In this document: positions 17,901 to 24,543 of the stretch, one piece after another
Layout of the letters: each line of letters begins with the position of its first letter
How positions within the stretch are numbered: position 1 is the first letter of the stretch
Origin: a virus
Direction: 5' to 3' (one strand)
Virus record (IMG/VR): IMGVR_UViG_3300045988_124209
Location: 1 to 34,174 of that record
Length of the DNA stretch: 34,174 bases
Program-made: the position numbers and the translations under genes
The notes under the pieces: generated by a model
What the model saw: the letters and a program-made list of their open reading frames with translations, nothing else
Database searches by the model: none
Told to the model about the DNA's origin: nothing

Positions 17901-17920
17901 TTTATTAACATTTTTATCAT
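14912..17920 (-). CDS. large tail tip/baseplate structural protein (Dit/Tal-like, 1002 aa)
   Basis: ORF track. It follows the tape measure gene immediately. The call rests on position and size. Confidence 0.55.
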   Translation of the reverse strand: MIKMLINEEEVVSNKEFTINEEMLSTSSTILNNCYPKSWEDTKDYVNNFYYPLDYSKFKLEEGDFLHGNTQFAELNASGINPSFETNVEKEFKSIEIDGKSYQATSTDPVSPSPDNPSEIENVKGKNLWDNSNYETNTSSGVEIKNNGFKFVRGEQTGGKYIAKKINVVKGNTYTFSAISSSFGTNSFYICIYRTKVYGTLVKSTIANFLTYTATETEELYFTFIIGSVITEVEASNIQLEVGTVATDYLPYDTIQIKNVGKNLVNPNGVSKIESDLTFTNNGNGIFTVSGTSTTNRSFRLSTQQIELNANQPYTQSVITIAGTKIGEVVVSVKNRSNKITYNYIAGNQTITPTENLITNTYTYYIAAGKTVNWTFKVQLEKGSTSTDYETYQENILNLDLQGNELCSLPNNIKDELVIENGRAKIIKRVGKVILNGSERWGQNANQKLDNTSYYYTYALDDLAKKNSQIGNLRSNYFINQKTYNIDNEGISLSAAIPFLRLRINTSTVSTPEELLTWLAAHNTIVYYELATPTEIDLGEVGNLSTFKGANNVSLNANMETNMNLVYYYKNYDLKFCGLVKNSGDISLNPRYPKYCSLQILDFKTLLSEGETLDFVINNKTIIQAIRMVISAISDYGFVEGNINIFNEDEEIGAYSTLNKTAYDVFQYLADISGSRWTTRLVDEDTIAIDFYDTTLMPKGKNIEYNSKYWEDNKIVDLTFNFGTRDYRNKQIILSDEVYADIDYSEEVITDGYTTTFNLSSNIGSIYSISINGQEATFTTQINKKIGVIADFYYEVGKSKIESDDLLTSGKVIKVTYIPLVKGRQIVYNNDEIARVTNQIGRRGTISRYESRNDVLSSSELNSIGQTYIKYKGSAEIILNLKVEDNDIYNVGDVVYFDAPIQNLAKDYMIKRKSIDVINVNDLQKIFYTYELTSSFNSERDINYFDNQRNKATGNISEGDTIDRNIDIEDTANIIFYGLEINEIQVEGDNTLNSVLNSPFIN

Positions 17921-17922
17921 CT

Positions 17923-19044
17923 TTACATCCCCATTCCATAATTGAAATCATTTTTAGAACCACCACTAAATGTTTTGATATTTTTTACCATTTGACCTAA
18001 TGGGTCTTGTTCTACATTAACATTATTTATTACATTGATGTTTGGACTTAAATTAGTACTTGTATTTCCATATAAATTAGGACTTAAACTAAACATATCA
18101 TCAAGCATTCCTCCGACTGTTGAATTAACTTGTCCTTTCATATCTTCCATACCTTCTTCTAAACCAACCATATTCATCTTACCTATCCAAGCAAATTCGG
18201 TTGATGGACTATGTATTCCAAATATGCCTTTAATTCCTTTTAATATAGAACTACCAATTCCTTTTATCTTATCTAATACCCAGTCCTTAGCATTCTTAAT
18301 GCCATTCCAAAGTCCAGTTAAAAGGTCTTTTCCACATTGCCACATAAGTTGAGGCATATTTTTAAAGTAATCTATTATTTTAACTACTATTTCTCCAACT
18401 CTTGCTAATAGTATAGGAATAGCATTTATTATACCAGCAACTAAACCACCTAATAATTTGAACCCAGCCTCTACAAATAAAGGCAAATTATCAATTAATA
18501 TAGGTATAGTACCTAATATAGCATCTATAATTATTGGTATTAATGTAGGCATTTGTTCGGCTAATAATTGCAATACAGTAGTTAGTCCCTGAACTAACGC
18601 TTGTACTATTTGCGGTATTGCTTGTACTAACCCCATTATCAATTGCACCGTGCCATCAACTAATGCAGGTAATAATTGATTAAGCATAGGAGTTATTAAT
18701 GGTATCATATTAGTCATTAATGTAGTTAATCCTGTTATTATTTGTGGTGCCATTTTTACTATTGCATTTGATATGTTTGTTCCAGCAGTAGTAAAGGTAC
18801 TTATTACTTCTTCGATGCCACCTGCACCACTTAGAAAATTACTAAATGCCGATTTTGCACTATTAACTGAGCCTGATATAGTACTCATCGCCTCATCACC
18901 AGTCGTACCAGTGATATCTAATTCTTCTTGAATTATATGGATAGCATTAAATACATCATTTAAATTAGAAATGTCATATTTAACTCCTGATATCTTTTCA
19001 GCATCAGCAAGTAATCTCTCCATCTCGGTTTTTGTACCACCGTA
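17923..19044 (-). CDS. tape measure protein, exon 3
   Basis: ORF track ORF 17923..19023, extended 7 codons upstream in frame (YGGTKTE-MERLLADAEKISGVKYDISNLNDV...). It has a Gly/Ala/Ile-rich TM-like core typical of tape measure proteins. Confidence 0.8.
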   Translation of the reverse strand, partial: YGGTKTEMERLLADAEKISGVKYDISNLNDVFNAIHIIQEELDITGTTGDEAMSTISGSVNSAKSAFSNFLSGAGGIEEVISTFTTAGTNISNAIVKMAPQIITGLTTLMTNMIPLITPMLNQLLPALVDGTVQLIMGLVQAIPQIVQALVQGLTTVLQLLAEQMPTLIPIIIDAILGTIPILIDNLPLFVEAGFKLLGGLVAGIINAIPILLARVGEIVVKIIDYFKNMPQLMWQCGKDLLTGLWNGIKNAKDWVLDKIKGIGSSILKGIKGIFGIHSPSTEFAWIGKMNMVGLEEGMEDMKGQVNSTVGGMLDDMFSLSPNLYGNTSTNLSPNINVINNVNVEQDPLGQMVKNIKTFSGGSKNDFNYGMGM

Positions 19045-19203
19045 CCTTGCATTCGATAGAGGCCGTTAATCTCCATCCGTTCTCTTATGAACTGCTATAT
19101 ATTTCTATATAGAGTAGACTATCTCTTCATCTCTTACGAGAGCCTCGCACTTCCACTCACTTGAGTGTACTTCCTTTCGGAATAGTCGTTACACTTTTTT
19201 AAA

Positions 19204-19695
19204 TTATTTCATATAAACGAATTTATAATTTTTTGTTTTTCCTCTTTTTCCAAATGTTTCTTTTTTCAACATTTGTGAAATATTAGAAATATTACAATTA
19301 AAATATTCTGCAACATCTTTTATTCTATTAAACATTAATTCTTCGCCATTTATATTTATTACCTTTATCTTTTCACTTCTTACACCAAAAGTATTAAATC
19401 TTGAATTTTGTTCCGAATAAGTAGCCCATCTTAAATTAGAAACATCATTATTTAATCTATTTCCATCTATATGGTCTACTGTGGGCTTGTTTTCCAAATT
19501 AGGTATGAAATTACTTGCCACTAATCTATGCAAAGTATACTTTCTTGGTTTATTGTCTTTCCATAAATCTATTTGATAATAACCACTATCTTTATTAATT
19601 GATGGGCTTAATATTTTTTTAGTAATATTGTTTTTTATTTTTCCTTTTTCATTAATAGAATAATTTTCGTTTTCTTTTAATATTTTCCATTTCAT
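19204..19695 (-). CDS. intron-encoded HNH homing endonuclease (NUMOD4-like N-terminus plus HNH_3-like core)
   Basis: ORF track. W..L..N..Y.IN..G.I.N, then HRLVASNFIPN...VDHIDGNRLNNDVSNLRWATYSEQN. GAGGTGG SD upstream. Confidence 0.8.
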   Translation of the reverse strand: MKWKILKENENYSINEKGKIKNNITKKILSPSINKDSGYYQIDLWKDNKPRKYTLHRLVASNFIPNLENKPTVDHIDGNRLNNDVSNLRWATYSEQNSRFNTFGVRSEKIKVININGEELMFNRIKDVAEYFNCNISNISQMLKKETFGKRGKTKNYKFVYMK

Positions 19696-19721
19696 TTTAC
19701 CACCTCGTTATATCTAATTTA

Positions 19722-19750
19722 ATTTTATCATAAATATAACAAGATGTCAA
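19722..19750 (-). promoter_or_regulatory. promoter-like TTGACA-17-TAAAAT inside intron B, upstream of the HNH ORF
   Basis: Minus strand: TTGACA (19750-19745), a 17-nt spacer, TAAAAT (19727-19722). Confidence 0.45.
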
Positions 19751-19838
19751 TAATTTAAACTTAGCACGGTATTGTCTCCAACTTTACTTGGTAAGAGTTC
19801 CACCGTTTTCACGAGGTTTTAATTGAGCTATTTTGTTA

Positions 19839-19860
19839 ACCCAATTTAAGGTTATCTAAC
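19839..19860 (-). CDS. tape measure protein, 22-nt micro-exon 2 (G TTA GAT AAC CTT AAA TTG GGT)
   Basis: Read directly from the sequence. It encodes (M)LDNLKLG, which is exactly the piece missing between exon 1 (...QNYT) and exon 3 (YGGTK...). Confidence 0.7.
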
Positions 19861-20173
19861 CATTTACACCCCTAGTTTCCTAGTATTTTAACACTTATTT
19901 AAAAGTGGGATTAGACTATATCTTTATCTCTTTGAGATAGTATGCACTTCCAATATCGTATCAATAGATATTGTACTGAGTAACGAACTCATAGTCGTTC
20001 GACCTTCCTATTTCTAGGCTTGGCACTGGATAACCATATCTTTTAGACTTAGGCTTCCCCAGTTAGCAAGATTATCTCAACAAATCATTTCCTACTTGTA
20101 TTTTAATCTCACACCCTTGATAAGGTTCACATACACTTACTTAATTATCACTAATTAAGCAGACATTAATTTT
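19861..20173 (-). ncRNA. group I intron A (about 313 nt, no ORF)
   Basis: R-like GGUCGAACGACUAUGAG (plus atagtcgtt at 19991-19999) and S-like AAAGAUAUAGUCUAAUCC (plus tagactata at 19912-19920) form P7 GACUAU/AUAGUC. A P8-like hairpin CAAUAUC/GAUAUUG is present. The GGAAGUGC block is shared with intron B. The intron ends in G (19861). P1 and the exact 5' splice site are uncertain. Confidence 0.6.
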
Positions 20174-20655
20174 ATCGTATAATTCTGCTTTGCAAAGCCT
20201 TGATAAGCATTTTGAATACTTTCTATTGCAGTACCGAACTTGTTTGAGTTGTCTGCCATATCTCGAATAGCCATATCGCCGACTTTGGCTGCCTCTGCAG
20301 TATCTCCACCTAAACTTTGTAACAAACTAGCACTAAATGAAGTAATTTGCTCCATATATTTATTAGCGTCTATTCCTGCTGTTGTATAGGCTTTTTTAGA
20401 ATTCTCTATAACTGTATCAGCACTATCTTTGAATAATGTTTCAACACCACCGATATTTTGCTCTAAATCAGCAACACCTTGTAAGGCATCTTTGCCAAGT
20501 CCTAATAAAGAACTACCAACTTTTTGAATTGCACTAGACATTAAATTACCAATAGCCACCGTACTTGCTTTCAATTTACTAGCGACACCATTAGTCTTTT
20601 TTTCTAGGTCTTTATCATCTCCTTTAAACTTGAAGATGACTTCTCCTCCATTCAT
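20174..20655 (-). CDS. tape measure protein, exon 1
   Basis: ORF track ORF 20155..20655. GGAGGTGGAATAA lies upstream of the ATG. The sequence ...IQNAYQGFAKQNYT is followed by intron-derived IKLMSA*. Confidence 0.8.
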
Positions 20656-20681
20656 TTATTCCACCTCCTTATTATGAAATA

Positions 20682-20708
20682 AAGGGCTGGGCTTTTAACC
20701 CAACCCTT
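20682..20708 (-). terminator. GC-rich 10-bp hairpin between the major tail and tape measure genes (partial terminator or RNA stabiliser)
   Basis: Minus strand: AAGGGUUGGG-UUAAAAG-CCCAGCCCUU, then UAUUUCAU. The U tract is weak. Confidence 0.4.
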
Positions 20709-20714
20709 ATAGGT

Positions 20715-21188
20715 TTATCCTGCTACAACTTCTCCTTTTCCAGTTACTACAATACTTAATGCAAATTCGCCGCTATCTTCAGCAGCACCACCTAAATCAC
20801 TAAATTTTAAAGTACAAGGAACTTTGTATTTAGTATAAGTCAATGCTCCCTCTTGAACTCCTGTTAATAATTCAAATTGTACTAATTGATTATTAAATTG
20901 AGCAACAGTACCATCTTTGATTAATGTATGAATATCGCCTAAAATTTTAACTATTGAAGCATTATTCATATCAATTTTAACAGTAGTATCAATAGAGATA
21001 GCAGCACCAGTAATCAAACTTCTTTGAATAGCATCGCACCATACATACCAGTCTTGTTGTTCGAAATCAGTTGTCAAGCCAACTTCGGTAGTCGTACACA
21101 TAGGAGTAAATGCAGGTACTGAACTAGTACCAGTATTTAAACTTAAGTTTTTAATGACTTCTCTATTATTTACATAAAATTCATTCAT
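20715..21188 (-). CDS. major tail protein
   Basis: ORF track, 157 aa. It sits directly before the tape measure gene and has a Thr/Gly/Val-rich composition. Confidence 0.6.
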   Translation of the reverse strand: MNEFYVNNREVIKNLSLNTGTSSVPAFTPMCTTTEVGLTTDFEQQDWYVWCDAIQRSLITGAAISIDTTVKIDMNNASIVKILGDIHTLIKDGTVAQFNNQLVQFELLTGVQEGALTYTKYKVPCTLKFSDLGGAAEDSGEFALSIVVTGKGEVVAG

Positions 21189-21203
21189 ATTTACACTTCC
21201 TTT

Positions 21204-21653
21204 CTATAAATCTTTTTCATAAATCTTACTTATAATACATTGTAAGGTAGAATTATACCCAACTCTTCTGATATCCATATACTCTATTGCTTGTGGATTA
21301 ACATATTGAGTAAATATAATTTGCCACCTTTCCAATTTATTAGTTTCTTTATTTTCAACTTCTATTCTTTCTGATTTTCCTATTAGATTACCTATTAATA
21401 AAGATAATTCTTTACACTCTTTAATTGTAAGTCCATATATATCAACCATATAATAATTATACATAGGCAATATATCGCCATAGAATACCTGTTTTTGCCC
21501 ACTTTGTTCCTGTACAGTTATTACCCTACTATCGTTATCATTTGTTGAATATTCGGCTTTTATTTTCCATTTATCGGTGGTATATCCATCAACTATACTT
21601 TGAAGATATTTAATTAAGATTACTTGTTTCTTTTCTAATAACTCTCTTGTCAT
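21204..21653 (-). CDS. tail terminator / tail completion protein
   Basis: ORF track. Called from position in the head-tail joining block. Confidence 0.45.
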   Translation of the reverse strand: MTRELLEKKQVILIKYLQSIVDGYTTDKWKIKAEYSTNDNDSRVITVQEQSGQKQVFYGDILPMYNYYMVDIYGLTIKECKELSLLIGNLIGKSERIEVENKETNKLERWQIIFTQYVNPQAIEYMDIRRVGYNSTLQCIISKIYEKDL

Positions 21654-22000
21654 TTCAATTCATTCTCCTTTATAGCAATTCCAACAATGTTTTTCTTTTG
21701 TCTAGTGTATATTTTTTGATACCATTTACCAAAAGTACCTGGCTCACTCCAATTAGTAGTACTAGGCATAAACCATACATATTTAGCATAGTTAGTATAA
21801 GAACCTATATAATAATTTTTATTACTTCCCCTAACTCCTGCCGACATTGATGTTTGCCTCATTTTACCACTTTTAAATGGGATATGAACTAAACTCTTAT
21901 CAAGTGTCTGTCTTGCTATTGAATACATTATCTTATCGGAAGCATCTAATACTTCTTTTTTCTTTCCTGGATACCAATTTACTTTAACATTATCAGCCAT
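21650..22000 (-). CDS. head-tail joining protein (HK97 gp10-like)
   Basis: ORF track. ATGA-type overlaps with neighbours. Called from position. Confidence 0.45.
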   Translation of the reverse strand: MADNVKVNWYPGKKKEVLDASDKIMYSIARQTLDKSLVHIPFKSGKMRQTSMSAGVRGSNKNYYIGSYTNYAKYVWFMPSTTNWSEPGTFGKWYQKIYTRQKKNIVGIAIKENELK

Positions 22001-22320
22001 TATTTAACCACTATAATCTTATTTTCTACTCTATTAAATATCCAAGCATCTTGAACCTTTAACACTGTATGAACTTTATTATCAGCATATTTGCCTAGAT
22101 AAATAATTTGGTCTCCTACTTTTACATCAACAAGTCTTCCAACTTGATAATAACCAGTAGCCTCAGGCACTGTATAAATGCCAAATTTTATAGCACTCTC
22201 ACAATCATAAGGGCAACATTTAATAGTAATTTCTTTATAATTAGTATCATCAAATATTTCATTATTTTCATCACGATTAAATTGTCTTAATGTTGCTTTC
22301 ATACCATTTACTAGAAACAT
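22000..22320 (-). CDS. head closure / head-tail adaptor protein
   Basis: ORF track (listed to 22401). The start is moved to ATG 22320, 6 nt after GGAGGCG, giving MFLVNGMKATL... Confidence 0.5.
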   Translation of the reverse strand: MFLVNGMKATLRQFNRDENNEIFDDTNYKEITIKCCPYDCESAIKFGIYTVPEATGYYQVGRLVDVKVGDQIIYLGKYADNKVHTVLKVQDAWIFNRVENKIIVVK

Positions 22321-22321
22321 T

Positions 22322-22702
22322 TTATTCGCCTCCAAATGGTATAGTAAGAGCCATATTACCAGACATTGGTGTACCTCTATATAGATATCCATTATTAGCA
22401 AGTATTCTTAGTGCTAAAGTAGAATAATCAGTTTTTAAAGGAGAACTCATTGATCCTGCCTTTATATCTTTATCAAAATCAACAAATGGAATATCGTGTT
22501 CTAATAAAAATCTCATTTGTTCCATAGAAGCATTTTTAATAGGCAAAGGGACACTAATTGTATCCCAACTAGCATCCCTATATCTTAAGCCTATTTGTGA
22601 GAAAATCATCTCACTTACTGCTTCTATCTGCCAAGTTGAAATATCAGCATTTGAGTATTCGGGATATTTATTCTCGAACTCCTCTTTTGTGAAAAATTGC
22701 AT
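22322..22702 (-). CDS. head-tail connector protein
   Basis: ORF track. It is the first gene after the capsid gene. Confidence 0.5.
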   Translation of the reverse strand: MQFFTKEEFENKYPEYSNADISTWQIEAVSEMIFSQIGLRYRDASWDTISVPLPIKNASMEQMRFLLEHDIPFVDFDKDIKAGSMSSPLKTDYSTLALRILANNGYLYRGTPMSGNMALTIPFGGE

Positions 22703-22721
22703 TTTCCCACCTCATTTCTAT

Positions 22722-23876
22722 TTAGGCAATTACTATGTCGCCACTATAAGCATTAGAGTAGTTACCATATTTATCAATGCCATATACAGATACATGATAA
22801 TTTCCTGCTTCAGTAGGTGTACCTGTGATAGCACCAGTAGTAGGGTTAAGTGTTAATCCTGCTGGTAAACCACCTGCTTCAAACTTATCAACATCAGTTC
22901 CACTAAATGCAGTAGTTTGAGTATATTCTTGTGCGTGAGTTCCAGCATCAAATGAACCTGCAGATACAATAGGTAGACTTTCAACTAATTTAATTACTGC
23001 TTCTGGTCTTACTACTTTTGCTCCAAACATTACATTTCCTTCAACAACAAAGTATCCTGGATATCCTGGGAAGTTACCATTGTATTGAGCAAATGAACTC
23101 CAGAATGTATCTCCAACAGTACCAACTTCATTAGCAAAGTATCCAACTACATTTGTATCTTTACCTTCTTTATCTTTTTCAATTACATTACTATTGATTT
23201 GAAATACACTAACACCATAAGCATCAGCAACTTGTCCCATATCAACACCCTCAACACCTGCTCTTGTTTCAAATTTAAGAATAGATGTTAAACTTGAAAT
23301 AAAATAAGCATAAGCAGTTGAACTTAATCCTAATAGGTATCCATCATAGATATTTCTATCAAATAATTTAGATTTTAAATCATTAATTAATTCAATAGTT
23401 TCAGTTCCATTTGATGGCGCCCATTTAGTACATTGTCCGTCTGTATAAGCCATTGAGCCATCTTGAGGTCCTGTAATATCAGCATTTAATTTATTAAATC
23501 CATATACATCGATTTGTCTAGAGATTTGAGCCTCTTTTAATTCGATTTGTCCCTCAATTGCTCTTTCAATACCACTACCCATTACTATTGGACTTACTCT
23601 AAATGAATAATCCATAGGTAATTCAGTTAAATCAACTTTTACTGAATTGTAAGTAGCAAGTTCGTTTGTTATTCCTCCTTGTGCGATTTCTACATTATTC
23701 CTTACATTTAATGTAGTGTCTAATTGCTTAACTATCTCAATAATTGGAGTGCCAGTTCTTCCAACTTCAAACCATCTTCTGTCTAGCATTTTATAGAATT
23801 GAGAATTGTAAAGTAAATTAGCATATGTTCTTTTCATTAGACCTTGTAAGTCTAAATTTACTCCTGTAAAATTCAT
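22722..23876 (-). CDS. major capsid protein with a C-terminal Ig-like (He_PIG-type) domain
   Basis: ORF track, 384 aa, placed after the scaffold gene. The C-terminus GGLPAGLTLNPTTGAITGTPTEAGNYHVSVYG resembles the putative Ig (He_PIG) repeat. Confidence 0.7.
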   Translation of the reverse strand: MNFTGVNLDLQGLMKRTYANLLYNSQFYKMLDRRWFEVGRTGTPIIEIVKQLDTTLNVRNNVEIAQGGITNELATYNSVKVDLTELPMDYSFRVSPIVMGSGIERAIEGQIELKEAQISRQIDVYGFNKLNADITGPQDGSMAYTDGQCTKWAPSNGTETIELINDLKSKLFDRNIYDGYLLGLSSTAYAYFISSLTSILKFETRAGVEGVDMGQVADAYGVSVFQINSNVIEKDKEGKDTNVVGYFANEVGTVGDTFWSSFAQYNGNFPGYPGYFVVEGNVMFGAKVVRPEAVIKLVESLPIVSAGSFDAGTHAQEYTQTTAFSGTDVDKFEAGGLPAGLTLNPTTGAITGTPTEAGNYHVSVYGIDKYGNYSNAYSGDIVIA

Positions 23877-23915
23877 AATCTTTCCTTCCTTTCTTTCCTC
23901 TATATTTAACTAAAA

Positions 23916-24464
23916 TTATTTAGTTACAGGTATCATTAAATCTTTAATACTAGTACCTCTTGTTATTTTTATATCTTTACCAGTATTAGCATTATTTCCA
24001 TTTACTCCACCCTCATTAGGTGCTTGTGTAAATGGTAGGTTATTCTTCTTTTCTGTTTCTGGGAAGTATGTATTTTTAAATCTAGTTACTATTCCCTCAA
24101 TTGCCTTATCATCATCTTTTTCATCAGCATAAAGACTATTTCTTAATTTAACCACTTCATCAAAGTTTTCTTCTTTAAATCCTTTTTTAACAAGTTTATT
24201 TTCTAGACTTAATCTAGTCATCTTGTCATTTGTTTCACTTAAAGTTTTAACTGTGTTATTGTAGTTAGTTTCTAGGCTTGTATAGTCTCCTTGAAGTTTA
24301 GTATAATCTTCTTTTTTTACATAACCACTATAATCAGCCTTAGGAATATCACTATTCTTTGTATAGCCTTTATAAAGGTCTTTTTCCATAGCAGAAACAT
24401 CTAGGTCATCATTACTTATAGTAATCTCTTTGTTTTTTAGATATTTAGTAATATCAAAATTCAT
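23916..24464 (-). CDS. scaffolding protein
   Basis: ORF track (listed to 24473). Charged, helical composition, positioned between the head morphogenesis and capsid genes. The start is moved to ATG 24464 for SD spacing. Confidence 0.55.
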   Translation of the reverse strand: MNFDITKYLKNKEITISNDDLDVSAMEKDLYKGYTKNSDIPKADYSGYVKKEDYTKLQGDYTSLETNYNNTVKTLSETNDKMTRLSLENKLVKKGFKEENFDEVVKLRNSLYADEKDDDKAIEGIVTRFKNTYFPETEKKNNLPFTQAPNEGGVNGNNANTGKDIKITRGTSIKDLMIPVTK

Positions 24465-24543
24465 ATTTATCATTCTCCTTTTTTTAGAAGTGATAAAAGC
24501 GTGTCGCGACTGCTAACCTTTTATAGACTTAATAGCAGTTGGT

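Larger units (their letters stand above)
19045..19838 (-). ncRNA. group I intron B (794 nt) carrying an HNH homing endonuclease ORF
   Basis: P1: exon AAUUGGGU (19846-19839) pairs with GCUCAAUU (19828-19821), with U.G at the splice site. P7: GACUAU/AUAGUC (R-like AACGACUAU at 19190-19182, S-like AGAUAGUCUA around 19124-19115). GNRA-capped hairpins lie at 19171-19182 and 19095-19112. The last base is G (19045). Confidence 0.75.

Noticed and set aside
20155-20173. The C-terminal IKLMSA* tail of ORF 20155..20655 as the real end of a short tape measure fragment
   Set aside because: These codons are intron sequence read through. The conserved tape measure motif resumes in the micro-exon and exon 3.
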